From the NCBI GenBank assembly GCA_951406725.2, contig OX597842.1, positions 3,906,001-3,970,000 on the forward strand: a stretch of 64,000 nt of DNA. Direction: 5' to 3'. The DNA comes from Octopus vulgaris (Eukaryota). Every line of letters begins with the position of its first letter. Position 1 is the stretch's first letter. Shown here in pieces: positions 14,543 to 27,938 of this stretch. The notes beneath the pieces were generated by a model. The model saw only the letters and a program-made list of their open reading frames with translations, made no database searches and had not been told where the DNA came from. Both the position numbers and the translations under genes were made by a program.

Positions 14543-14817
14543 GTAATGTATGTATGCATGTATGTATGTATGTATGTATGTATGTATATATATATACACA
14601 CACATATATGATTCTGTATACGTGTATGTGTAATTATATGAATAATGACAAACACACATACATATGCATATATAATACGTGAAACTCTTGAGTCGTTTCT
14701 GTAACTTTAAATATCTACCGGTCTGCCAAATCTATTTGACAGTTACACGATCTATCTATCTATTTATTTATCCATTTATCTATCTAGCGATCTATCTGTC
14801 TATCTGTCTGTCTGCCC

Positions 14818-14877
<60 letters not shown>

Positions 14878-14907
14878 CTATCGATATATATATTCATATA
14901 TATATAT

Positions 14908-14956
<49 letters not shown>

Positions 14957-15490
14957 TAAACAGTAAAAATAATTACAGACATGGACAAGAACATGAAACG
15001 CCACAGAGACGACACAAGAACCACAGGACGGGACATTCGAAGCTCTCAGTCATCAGTCAAGAACCAGATCATCTTAGCAATTTCGGCTGATTAATCTTGA
15101 GCTCCGATATGGCCAGCCCGCCACGGGAAATCTAAGCCAAGTGCATTAGATCCCCTGGAAGAAAGCTTCGAATGTATACAACACGAGGACGGAAAACGAA
15201 CGAAGTACACGAACAAAAATACATATATATATATATATATAATTGTCTTCTCTCCTGGTACTATATGAACATTTAATGTGGTTTTAGAGTCAAGTTTTGG
15301 CTGCTATTTCCAGCGTGGAGGTATCTCTTAGATACTCTAAATTTTAATTTTAAATAATTATTAACTTTGAAAGTTTTTTATTCCTATGTTGGCCACCTGA
15401 TAAGATCGGTGTTTAAATATCGATCTTATCCTTATTTATATAAATTTAGATACATACATACATACATACATACATACATACATACATACA

Positions 15491-15618
<128 letters not shown>

Positions 15619-15734
15619 GACAGAGAGAGAGAGAGACAGAGAGACAGACAGAAAAAGAGAGACCGCCAGGGAAGCAGAAAAAAATAAGAGACAGATCACG
15701 AAGATATATTATAGATACACATACACACACACAC

Positions 15735-15765
<31 letters not shown>

Positions 15766-16254
15766 TACAAACATACATATTAATCGACTGATGTATATGT
15801 GTATGTTTGTCTGCACGTTTGTATGCTTATGTGTGTGTATATATACGTGTGCGCGCATGTGCATGTGTGTTTGCATGCACGTGATTGTGCGTGTGTGCGT
15901 ACGCATACACATACTAATATGTATATGTACGTATGTATGTATTTTTGTGTCTGTGTGCGTATGTGCATTTGTATGCCTGTGTGTGTATGTATATTACTAC
16001 GCATTTTTGTGTATACGGGTGCATTTGTGTATTTGTAAGTCTGCGAATGAATTGTCGTATGGCAAAATAGAGAAGGTATACAAAGACTACAGAAAGAAAA
16101 AGGAGGTGGAACGCGCTTCTCGGTGGTGTAAGAGAATTTAAAGAACTAAACGAAGAGAAATGTGAATATCGAACCTGAAAAGACTCAGAGAAGAGAACGA
16201 GAGAAAGTTTGCTAATGAATATTTGTTTTGTTTTAATGAAATAATTTTAAGCAT

Positions 16255-17105
16255 CTTTTACTTTTTACTTGTTTCACATGTTACACTGCGGCCATGCTGG
16301 GGCAAGAGTAGAATTTCTAGTCGCCTAGAAGAAATTTTAGTCGAATTAATCGACGCCAGTACCTTATTTTTTCCTCTCTAAGCATGGTGCTTAGCACTGG
16401 ATTAACCATTAAGCAAATTAAACACGTGTTTAGGGTATCAAGAGAAGGAGGTGGGCACCAAAGAAATAGTAAATGGTTTACGGCACAAAAGAATATCACT
16501 TTAAACTTGCTAAAATAATATTCGGGATGCCTTTATCTCTACTAAGTATAGATGCAGATGTGTTACCTGAGATTAAATTTGAGGATCTCATCAAAGACTT
16601 TGCAATTCAAAAAAGTAGGAGGAAATTTTTCAAATCTAAATTAAGTGGAAGTAGACAAAAATGAACATTTTCCCTCTCTTAATTTTTTGTTTCGTTTTGA
16701 AAACTAAAAATTAATTTTGTGTTTTTTTTATTGTTTATATTTTGAATTATATAATCTTTTACGGGGGGGGCACCAAAATCTTTTAAGTGCTTAGGGCCAC
16801 GATAGTTCTTAATCCGGCCCTGGTGGTACTTATTCTATCGGTTACTTTTGCCGAACCGCTAAGTTACAGGGACGTGAACACACCAACACTGGTTCTCAAG
16901 CGGTAATGAGGGACAATGAAAGACACACTCTCACAGGTTTATATAGTACAAGCTTCTTTCAGTTGCCGTCTACCAAATCCACTCACAAGGCTCTAGTCGA
17001 CCCGAGGCTATAGTAGAAGACACCTGCCCAAGTTGCCATGCAGTGGGACTAACCCCAGAACCATGTCGTTGAGAAGCAAGCTTCTTACCACACATCCATG
17101 CCTAC
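16255..17105 (-). mobile_element. SINE family A split by a hAT-derived insertion
   Basis: The SINE 3' part (16255-16391) and the remainder (16823-17105) are contiguous once the insert is removed. Confidence 0.8.
16392..16822 (+). mobile_element. Non-autonomous hAT element with a remnant of the C-terminal dimerisation domain
   Basis: TIRs TAGCACTGGATTAA / TTAATCCGGCCCTG. Imperfect 8-bp TSD ATGGTGCT / GTGGTACT. Peptide LSLLSIDADVLPEIKFEDLIKDFAIQKSRRK. Confidence 0.8.
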
Positions 17106-17107
17106 AT

Positions 17108-17158
<51 letters not shown>

Positions 17159-17159
<1 letters not shown>

Positions 17160-17576
17160 CTCTATATATAAACGGCAGTTTGTCTGTCTGTGTGTCTGTG
17201 TGTCTGTCAGGTTGTAGCCTCACCCTGACCACGGCTTTCAACCGATTCTGATGAAACTTGACACACACATAGCCCAATGTCATAATTCAAAACTAACGCA
17301 GCGAAAAGTTCCACCAGTTCTGAAAAAAATTCGATAAATTCTACATGGGGTCGAAAATCTAAGCTTTTTATATGCAACACATTTTCTGTCTAGGGGACAC
17401 AACTCGACCTTTTTATCGCCCAAAGGGACAGCTAGGAACATCGTATTCGAGTGAAGAGAAGACATTGCAACCTACACATGCGCCTTCGTTCCCTAGAGGG
17501 AAAGGACTAGATTGGGAATAGTCGTTGCCTACTAGGGGCTCTTACATACCCGGGCAACGCCGGGCTATGCTGCTAG
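17159..17576 (+). mobile_element. Non-autonomous Helitron
   Basis: 5' TC(TCTATATATAAA), subterminal hairpin CCCGG-GCAACG-CCGGG, 3' CTAG. Inserted between A and T. Confidence 0.85.
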
Positions 17577-17594
17577 TATATATATATATATATA

Positions 17595-18191
17595 TATTAT
17601 ATTGAGGGTACTACTATTCGTAGATACCAACACGCTAAGAGGGACCAATGCGGTCAAAACTCCTCAATTGTTAATTTAGATTTTATCCTCAATTGTTAAT
17701 TTATATTTTTCACCGGAATAGTTCAATACTGAATTTTTATTCCGACTAGACAATTTGTTACCGAAATGCATTGCGAATAAGCCCGCCATTTTCATAGATA
17801 TGTAAAGATAAACATTCGTACATGCTACGACGAATTCTACGGTTGGCTATCGAGCTTGTAATGTTGTTTTTCTCTTATATTTCTTGAGTTTGTTGCACTG
17901 ATGAACATGAAATACATATTCTGCATTAAATGCGAAATCACATGTGATATGTAACTGAATTCTTTTTTAAAATGATGTGTTTTGAAGTTTTGCATTCGGT
18001 AAAATTTTGTTTATTTTTAGTAGTTTTGACCGCATTGGTCCCTCTTAGCGTGTTGGTATCTACGAATAGTAGTACCCTCAATATAATATAAATGAATATT
18101 TTCAAAGAGGAAGAATTTACGGATTTTTTCTCTTACGAGGTTTTTCACGCTGACTACTGATAATTTCTTTTAAAGATTTTATCCTCAATTG

Positions 18192-18195
<4 letters not shown>
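17595..18195. mobile_element. Fold-back cassette in (TA)n (Penelope-like terminus)
   Basis: ~67-bp inverted arms at 17595-17661 / 18022-18088 enclosing a hammerhead motif. Confidence 0.65.
17892..17955 (+). ncRNA. Type I hammerhead motif (mismatch at the base of stem II)
   Basis: GTTGCA-CTGATGA-ACAT...ATGC-GAAA-TCACATGTGA-TA-TGTAAC. Palindromic stem III. Confidence 0.65.
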
Positions 18196-18238
<43 letters not shown>

Positions 18239-18691
18239 TCTTCATATATGTAATTTCCCTCCCTCCCTTGTGCATCCTTTCAGCTACTTTAATTGTAAAT
18301 CGAGAAGATAATTTTGTTTCAAACTTGTAAACCCTAAAGTCGTCTAATTATTAAAATAGCACCTCTATATGTCGTTGAATAGTTTTCTTACGTTCCAGTT
18401 TTCATAATCTTTTAAAGTGCGGAAACGACGAACGAAGAGAAATATTGTTTGGAGTTTCAGGTCCAAGGGAGATACAATGTATAAAATATATGTGTGTTAG
18501 TGTGTGCTTAGGCGCAAACGTGAATAAATGTACATGTATATGTATATATAGGTACATATACACACATACACACACACACACATATAAGCAATATGTATAT
18601 CCATGCATACAGTCATACATAAATACACTCACATTTATGTGACTGTCTGTTTGAGTACGTATATGTCACTGAATATATATAATATACATAC

Positions 18692-18758
<67 letters not shown>

Positions 18759-19568
18759 TGTGTCTGTGTGTGTGTCTGTGTGTGTGTGTATGTGTGTGTG
18801 TGTATAAGCATATTGATATATATACATATATATAATATATGTATTTATATATGTATATATACATATATCTGTGTATAAATAAATAAATAAATATATATTG
18901 GTATGTATATAAGGATGCATTTATGTATGTGTATATGTGTGTACGTATGTACATATGCAATTATATGTCTATATTCACATTCTTATATATATGCCGTTAT
19001 CCCCACACACCCATACATGTGTGTGTGTATAGGTATATATGTATGTATGTATGAAGGTATGTATGTATGTATGTATGTATGTATACACCCATATGTATCG
19101 CGTAAGATTTTTTTGTATCTCCGTATGCAAATATGTACAAATTTTTGTAAGTATGTATACAGGCACTTATGTATAAAATTACACATACATACATATATAT
19201 GTATATGTGTGTGAGTGTGTGTGTGTGTGTGTTGTTTTTACAGTATTAGCAATGAGGATACGACACAAATACATAGAAATATTGTTATAACAAACCTTTA
19301 AATGTCATACGTTGTAGACAAAAGGACTTGGCAATGACGTTATTTAAGGGGGCTGTAGGGGGGCAGTGTGTGTGTGTATGCGTGTGTGTGCGCGTGTGCG
19401 CGTGTTTGCGTGCGTGTGTGTGTGTGTGTGTGACTATTTCATCTCCGTCTGTCCGTCTGTCTGTTTTTTTTATATACATTTAGTTGTGCCGAGGATGGAA
19501 GTATGTGTGAGGCTTTGTAAACGTCGAGAGCGTTTGTGTCTATAATGTGTGTGTGTGTATGTGTATGT

Positions 19569-19605
<37 letters not shown>

Positions 19606-19660
19606 ATATGCACATACACACACATTAAATATACATATATATATATATATATATATACAG

Positions 19661-19753
<93 letters not shown>

Positions 19754-19760
19754 TGTATGT

Positions 19761-19836
<76 letters not shown>

Positions 19837-20262
19837 CTGCAGATATGGATATATATACATATATAGTTGTATACATACATAACTTCATAGATGCTTACCA
19901 AAATATGTACTCATTTGCATACAGAGAATTCAAATCATCATATTCGATTGTATATATGCATTTAAATGTGTGTGTGCATGTGTTGGTATACTCACAAACA
20001 CACACACATATACACCCCTCAGCGCAGGACATTTCAACGGACCCACCCAATTCTTGGTGACAGTGATTATGTAGATACCCATCGGGTGAAAAGTACCCGT
20101 CATTCAAATATCCACCCTTGTAACACAGTGTCACTCTCATACTAATTATTACAGTTAACAATACTCATGCTTATGGAATACTCGGCCATTTATACGCTGG
20201 TTTAATGGATAGGTATTTCGGTAAATCAAGCAACTGGAATACTGATCGTCAAAGATGATGAA

Positions 20263-20610
20263 TAGGCGTGTCTTTGCGGTAAGAAGTCTGCTTCCCAACC
20301 ACTTGGTTCCAGGTTCAGTCCCATTGCGTGGCACCTTAGGTAAATGCTTTCTAGTATAGCCTCGGACCGACCAGAACTTCGTGAGTGGATTTGGTACATG
20401 GAAACTGAAAGAAGCCATCGTATATATGTGTGTGTGTGTGTATACATATATATCTGGGGTGGGGTTGTACACTATCACCGCTTGACAACCAGTATTGGTG
20501 TGTTTACGTCCCCGTAAAATAGCTGTTCGGCGAAAGCGACCGATAGACTGTTGGTCGATTTGTTCGATAAAAATCCGTCAAGGCGGCGTCCCGGCGAATG
20601 ACTGGAGCAA
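20263..20610 (+). mobile_element. SINE family A, degenerate
   Basis: tRNA-like head and body matching the other copies. Confidence 0.75.
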
Positions 20611-20932
20611 GAACACAACAAAAAAAAAGAGAAATATCTTTTATCTTTTACTTGTTTCAGTCATTGAACTGCAGCCATGCCGGAGCAACGTTTTGAAGAA
20701 TTCTTTGGCCCTGGACTTATTCTGTTTTTTAATCCTAGTGCTTATTCTTTCTTTTTTGTTGAACTGCTTCCTAATCACATGGTTCCGAAGTCAGTCTCAC
20801 GGCATGGCACCTTGGCTAAATCTGTTATCGCAATAGCCTCGGACCGAATGAAGCTTTCTGAGTGGAATTGGTAGGCGGAAACTTTAAGAAATCCCTCCAG
20901 TCAACCACAGTCGAAGCGTTCCTGTCACAATC

Positions 20933-20975
20933 TGAACCTGATGAATGCTTAAATGCAAGAAAGTATACTAGTTCA
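20933..20975 (+). ncRNA. Minimal type I hammerhead motif
   Basis: TGAAC-CTGATGA-A-TGC-TTAAAT-GCA-A-GAAA-G-TATA-C-TA-GTTCA. Confidence 0.72.
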
Positions 20976-21689
20976 ATGAGAATAGACATTTAATATTAAT
21001 TTTCAATATTTCATCTGTTCAATAAGACATTCAATACTTCATTTCATTTCTTTCTTACTATAGATTCTATATTCTATATCCAATATTAATATTATACAAA
21101 TATAAATAAAACAAGAAAAAAAAACAGGCAGAGTTGGAGTTCCTTTGAGTAATATATTCTTCTATACACAATCATACAAATCCCTTTGTGTGTGTGTATG
21201 TATATATATATGTATATATCCGTGTGTATGTGTTTGTCTCTTTTCCCCGCTTGACGTCCGGTGTTGGTGTGTTTACGTCCCTGTAACTTAGCAGTTCGTC
21301 CGGTGAAACTGATAGAATAAGAACCAAGCTTGAAAAAACAAATAATGAATACTGGGATCGAGTCATTCGACTAGAAATTCTTCAAGGCGGTGCCCCAGCA
21401 TGGCCGCAATCTAATGATTGAAACAAGTTAATGATAAAAAGATAAAAGTTATGTGGGTGCGTGTGTGTTGCAATAATCAAATGAGGAATTTGGTAAGTTT
21501 TTGAGAGACAGTGGCTATTTCTAGCAAATCAAACAACCGTAAAAATACAACTTCGCTAGCGTTCGACAACGTTCCTGGGCGCTCCAGCCATGAACGTTCC
21601 AACATATAATCACGTATAATGTATCTCAGGCTCTAACAATGACAGCCAAGTTTTGCAGATCCACTCTTTTATAGTAAAAGACCCTCCGG

Positions 21690-22455
21690 GTCAGGACTGG
21701 TCTCGGTCTAAACAACAATAACATCAACCATATCTATACTAACAGTAATTACTATACATTAACTAATGTAGTCCTGGATACACCATCTCTAATTAAAAGA
21801 TGAGATGGTCATAAACCATCTGGGTCAGGACTGGGTCAGAGATTGATCATAAACCTGCTGGGTCAGGACTGACCTGGACCTAAACAACAACAAAATCTAT
21901 AGCCTAAATTACTACTATAACTTCCAGTAATGTAGTCCTAGATACACTATGCCTGAATAAAAGATGGGATGGTCACAGCTGGAACATCTTTGATCATAGA
22001 CCTTTTTGATCAGGTCTGACCTTGGCAAATATAGCCACTAACGCTGACTACTATACATTAGATAATGTAGTCCTAGATACACTGTGTCTGAATAAAAGAT
22101 GGGATGATCACAGCTGGAACATCTTTGATCATAGGTCTGTCTAGATCAAGACGGACCCGGGGCTAAATAACAACAACTATAGCCACTAATACTAACTACT
22201 ATACTATACATTAGATAATGTAGTCCTAGATACACTATGCCTGAGTATATAATAGGGTGGTCACAAATGGAACTTCTTTCATCATAGGTCTTTCTGAATC
22301 AAAGCAGACCTGGGGCTAAACAACAACTGTAGCCACTAATACTGGCTACTATACTGTACATTAGATAATGTAGTCCAAGATACACTATGTCTGAATAAAA
22401 GATGGGGTGGTCACAGCTGGAACAATTCTAATCATAGGTCTACTAGATCATATGA
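21690..22455 (+). repeat. Tandem array (~5 units) of a ~150-bp repeat
   Basis: TAGCCACTAA recurs at 22032, 22180 and 22330. Units contain CATTAGATAATGTAGTCCTAGATACACT and CCTGGGGCTAAACAACAAC. Confidence 0.9.
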
Positions 22456-23018
22456 ATACCCAAGATGTATTTGGCCTACAAAGCCGATATAGGCGTTCCA
22501 TAAATGACTGTCCCGAGACAAAAATCTGGAATGTGTCCTTCATATTTTATCACCGATTTGACAATGATTTAGCTGCTATTTCTTGCTGGGTGAACAACCA
22601 CTTTAGAGCCCTGCCTATCTCCACGCGGGGGTTTTTCTGCCTAAAGAAAAGAGGGGGGTAAAAAGAGAAGCTGTGTTTGAATGTCAAAGTGTCATTGTGC
22701 GGATTAGAAACAACAAACATGGAGGCAACAATAATCTGACAACAACAATAGCAACCACAACAACAGCCAACAGCACCAACAGCAATAGCAACAACAACAA
22801 GAAAGGGGGTGGTTGATACAGACTCATACCCCCTCGCCATCCCTGCCCGCCACTCCTCGACTGAAAGGTGTGACTTCTCTGGGAGGGGCGAAGGGCCTGT
22901 GTTAATGGAATACATAAGGTTTCAATGTAGAAAGAAAAGGTCCTTTCACTTAATGTTAAAACAACACAAACCTACGTACATACATACATAGATTTACATG
23001 TGAATATATATATATGTA

Positions 23019-23058
<40 letters not shown>

Positions 23059-23315
23059 CATAGAGACAAACAGACATGCGTTTACATATCAGCTTTTGTT
23101 TCATTCAGTGGACTGCGGTCATGCTGGAGCTTGGCCTATAATATGTGTGGATGTGGTGTGAAAGCATGTATGCATGTGTTCATATTTGTGTGTGTGTTCG
23201 TGTGTGTGTATGTGTGTGTGTGTGTGTGTATGTGTGTAAGTGTTCATATTTGTGTGTGTGTTTGTGTATGTGTATATGTGTGCATGTGTGCGTGTTTGTG
23301 TGTGTTCGTGTGTTT

Positions 23316-23354
<39 letters not shown>

Positions 23355-23411
23355 TGTTTGTGTATGTGTGTGTGTGTGCATGTGTGCGTGTTTGTGTGTG
23401 TTCGTGTGTGT

Positions 23412-23457
<46 letters not shown>

Positions 23458-23888
23458 AATCCGACCGAAGCCTAGCAGGTCGAAACTTCGAAATCACTGT
23501 CATCGTACTTCTTATAAACTTTCAATAAACATGTAGCCTAGAAATAAGTATTGAGTACTTCTTAAGTTTAATGTTAAATTATTTTTTATTGTAACAAAAC
23601 ATGGGAACAAAGTGGGGCGAAGGGAAGGAAGAGGGGGCGGTAGGAGAGGAGGGGGAAGAAGGAGAAAAACAGGAGGAGGAAGGCAAGGAGAAGAGAGAGA
23701 GCCTTGAAGAATTTTTTAGTCGAATGAATCAACCGCAGTACTCTTTATTCTTCAAGCTTGGTGCTTATTCTATCGGTCTCTTTTGCCGAACCGTTAAGTT
23801 ACGGGGATGTAAACATACCAACAACGGTTGTCAAGTGGTGGGTAGGAGGACAAACACAGACTAAGATAAACACAAGTCTTTCTTTCTC

Positions 23889-23960
<72 letters not shown>

Positions 23961-24097
23961 ATTTAAGGTATCTAAGAGATACTTGCCATGCTGGAAAAAG
24001 CAGCTAAAACTTGACTCTAAAACCACATTAAATGTTCATACAGCACCAGGAGAGAAGACAAAAGGACAAAATAAACTAGCAAAAAAGTTACTGGATA

Positions 24098-24154
24098 ATT
24101 CCAGATTCCAGATTTCTGGCTTTGCATAAAAATGCTTTGCCTCATCAGTGGAAT
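24098..24154 (-). ncRNA. Type I hammerhead motif, two-segment stem II
   Basis: ATTCCA-CTGATGA-GGC-AAA-GCAT-TTTT-ATGC-AAA-GCC-A-GAAA-TCTGGAA-TC-TGGAAT. Confidence 0.72.
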
Positions 24155-24349
24155 ATACGCAGAGAGCAACATAAATACACATATATATACATATAACATA
24201 CGAATTCTCTGCAGAGAAGTCATATGGATGAACCCCTTGTAAATTGTGGTACGGATATTTTTAACGACAGAACATGTGCAATCTGTGTAAAGGTTTGCCT
24301 TTCAGTCGGAGGATTCAAAAGACATGTACCGTCTGCCAGTCAGTACAAC

Positions 24350-24571
24350 TCTTTTACTCTCTCTTTTACTCTTTTACTTGTTTCAGTCACTTGACTGCGG
24401 CCGTGCTGGAGCACCGCATTTAGTCGAGCAAAATCGACCCCAGGGCTTATTTTTTTTTAAGCCCAGTACTTATTCTATCGGTCTCTTTTGCCAAAAGGCT
24501 GAGTTACGGAGACGTAAACACACCAGCATTGGTTGTCAAGCAATGCTAGGGGGACAAACACAGACATACAA

Positions 24572-24658
<87 letters not shown>

Positions 24659-24835
24659 TGGCGGGCTTCTTTCAGTTTCCGTCTACCAAATCCACTCACA
24701 ATGTTTTGGTCGGCCCGAGGCTATAAATACCCAAGATGTCTAGAAGACACTTGCCCAAGGTGCCATACAGTGGGACTGAACCCGGAACCATGTGGTTGGT
24801 AAGCAAGCTACTTACCACACAGCCACTCCTGCGCC
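24350..24835 (-). mobile_element. SINE family A, full length
   Basis: Reverse complement of the 59198-59615 copy, with an internal (CA)n(TA)n tract. Confidence 0.9.
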
Positions 24836-24966
24836 TGTGCATTATGCCATAAAATTATGCAATAAAATGTGCAAATCTTTGGCAGGGCCCAAGTGTCAAA
24901 TAAGGGCCTAACATTGCATTACCAATGACTCATTTCAATGACTCTAATAATGGTTTTGCTATATAT

Positions 24967-25123
<157 letters not shown>

Positions 25124-25479
25124 CATATATAAACAGCTAGACGCAATGTGATACCATAAAGGAAGGATTTGTCTGACTATGTGTGACTAAGGCTGCTGAC
25201 GCATATATATATATATATATATGATAGTAATTAGTATTAGTGCTTGTAGTTGTTGTTGCTGTTGTTGTTGTTGTTAGTCCCAGGTTAGTCTTGATCCAGC
25301 CGACCCCTGATTAAATACGTTCCAGCTTTGACAACAAATGTTATCTTGGAGTATTAGCCACCCCTTGTTATTCTGACACGAAAACCGAATCAGTTGATAC
25401 AATCACATCATCGATTTCCCATCGATTCACCCTTCTGTGCCACATCGACCGAGATTCACTCTTGCAACTTGACTTCATA

Positions 25480-26045
25480 CTTTTCTCTCTCATTTTTTCC
25501 TTTCTCTCTCTCTTTCTCTTTCCCCTCACTCTCTCACTATTTCTTCCTCATTCTCGCTTCCTTTCTTCCCTCCTTCTTCCACCGTCTTCTCTCTTTCTCT
25601 CGCTCTCTTCCTATGTACCTCTCTCACTCCTACTCTCTTTTCGTTCCTATTTCCTTCTTTCTCTCTCTTCCTCCTCTCTGTGTTTCTCACTCCCCTTCTA
25701 TCTCTTTCTCCTCTTATTTCTTCTCTCCTTATTTACCTTCCCTCTCTACTTCTCATTATCTCTCTCTCGGTTTTCTTCGCCCCACTCTCTCTCTCTCTTC
25801 CTTTCTCTCTCTCTTCTTCTCTCTCCCCCCCCCTGGTTCTCTCTCCTTCTTTCTTTTCATCTCTGTCTCCCTCTCTCTCCCTTTTTCTATTTTCTTCTCT
25901 CTTCATCTTCCTCTTTCTTCTTCCTTCTCTCTCTCTCTCTCTCTCTCTCTTTTATCTTAATCTTTCTCTATTTATCCTCCTCACGCCTTTTTTGTCCTCC
26001 CCCTCATTCTCTTTCTCCCTTCACCCCTTCCTTTCCTATTCCCTC
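25480..26045. repeat. Polypyrimidine/polypurine low-complexity tract
   Basis: ~560 bp almost entirely C/T on the + strand. Confidence 0.9.
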
Positions 26046-26189
26046 AACTGACACCATTGCTTAAATAAACTGGATACTCTCCGTATTTCTCACACTCGTT
26101 GATTAGATAACATTTCTCAAAATTATTTACTGCTATTTTGTGATATCCCCGTCATCTCTGCCCTCGAGGCAAATTTAAAAAATTATTAT

Positions 26190-26570
26190 TACTACATCGA
26201 CCCCTAGTACTCAACTGGTTATTTTATCGACCCCAAAAGGATGAAAGGCAAAGTCGACTTCGGTGGATTTTGAACTCAGAATGGTCGAAATGCGGCTAAG
26301 CATTTTACCCGTCATGTTAACGATTCTGCCAGCTCGCCGCCTTAGATTATCACAGAAAATATTAGTTTCAAATTTTGGCAAAAGGCCAGCATGTTCGAGG
26401 CAGGGTGTCAGCCAGTTATGTCGACACCAGTGGTTCAACTGGTCCCTATATTATCGACCCCGAAAGCATGAAAGATAAAGCCGACTTCGACAGAATTTGA
26501 ACTCAGAACTGACGGAATACCGCTAAGCTTTCTGCCTGGTTTGCTAACGACTCTACAAGCTCACCGACTT
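26190..26570 (-). mobile_element. Two adjacent SINE family B copies
   Basis: Two occurrences of TTATCGACCCC.AAAG.ATGAAAG..AAAG.CGACTTCG. Confidence 0.8.
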
Positions 26571-27454
26571 AACTATAAACAAAATATTAACAAACATTTT
26601 AATAACAAAAGATTTATGTTTTATTAAAATACTTACCAAATTTGCAGCGAAACTCTCTTGACATTCCGATGACTATTTGTTGAGTAAACTTTATTTCGTG
26701 TTCATCATTTTTATTCTTGTCTAATGTCGCCATTCTCTTTACACTCACACAATTGTTTATTGAAATAAAATATTCTGAGTGAATCTCTGGAGAGTGAAGA
26801 AGGGAAGATATTTCTGGTTGGAACCCCCAGGTTTTCTGTCCTGAAATGGCCTGGTTAAGAATTCATCCGGGTAGAGGAACACTACCGGACACCTTGTAAC
26901 TATGTTATGCTACCAACCAGCATGTTACATTGGGTGTTTAAGAAGTCAAAGGTGCATAAAATATCCCCCACAAACATCAAAAACAAGGTGAAGATGACTG
27001 TCACTTCACACTAGTCCTCAGATGTTTGGGCACGCCCCCTGGCGCACACATTCCCTAACCTCTAATCACCGCTAAAGGTTGAAAGAGACTGAAGTTATTT
27101 GAAACCGAAATTCTGAACAAACGATAGCAATATTATGACGTAATAACAACAATGTGGAAACATTTAAATTTCATTGGTCGACACAAATGATTCTTAATTC
27201 AACTTCACACAAACACACACAAACACATACACATTGCACGCTGGCACATATTTATATATACATCTGTGTACATAAGATAGTATATGTGTGCATATATATA
27301 TATTACTTATAGCCACATCTCTCCCTCTTTCTCTCTTACTCACACACTCGCTCTCGCTTATACACAAAAAGAGAAAGTGAGTTAGTGAGAGAGAGAGAGA
27401 GTGAGTGAGAGAGAGAGAGTGAGTGACAGAGGAATGGAGAGATGTGACTATAAG

Positions 27455-27510
<56 letters not shown>

Positions 27511-27515
<5 letters not shown>

Positions 27516-27863
27516 AAAAAAGCAACAAGAATGGATTAAAATCTCGGTACGATCGTTTCGTACGAGGACATCTTTAATAAGCTACAAAAAATGCAGTGAA
27601 TACAGATGGCTCGTACTCGTCAGCCGAAAAAACATCAAAAGGGGTAGATACAAAAGAGGTTGTAAGATTAACTGCATTGAAGAAAGATGTCCTCGTACGG
27701 AACGATCGTACCGAGATTTTAATCCATTCTTGTTGCTTTTTTCCTATTTGTAATCACCCCACTTGTCGTATGGTTAACACCATATAGATTTCCGGTGCAT
27801 CCTAGTTAAGGACCATATTCATGTGAATTCTTTAGAATTCACTAGAATCTCAATTACTTAACC

Positions 27864-27865
<2 letters not shown>
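27511..27865. mobile_element. Fold-back cassette in (TA)n (Penelope-like terminus)
   Basis: Inverted arms ~27511-27575 / ~27683-27747, flanked by (TA)n on both sides. Confidence 0.7.
27542..27629 (-). ncRNA. Type I hammerhead ribozyme motif, long three-segment stem II
   Basis: TTTCGG-CTGACGA-GTACGAG..CATCT..CTGCA/TGTAG..AGATG..CTCGTAC-GAAAC-GATC-GTA-CCGAGA. Confidence 0.85.

Positions 27866-27938
<73 letters not shown>

Noticed and set aside
14955-15222. (TA)n-bounded island with CTGATGA (minus strand) and GGCTG/CAGCC-GAAA
   Set aside because: The core elements are not in a foldable order. It is probably the same element class, but no hammerhead can be supported.
21690-22455. Repeat array as a possible CRISPR
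   Set aside because: Whole units are homologous with no unique spacers, there are no cas genes, and the context is eukaryotic.
24200-24335. C2H2-like peptide TCAICVKVCLSVGGFKRH
   Set aside because: Too short. More likely an RTE-type LINE C-terminal remnant than a host zinc-finger exon, and not supportable as a feature.
25394-26064. Hydrophobic S/L/F-rich ORFs resembling membrane proteins
   Set aside because: An artefact of the polypyrimidine tract.
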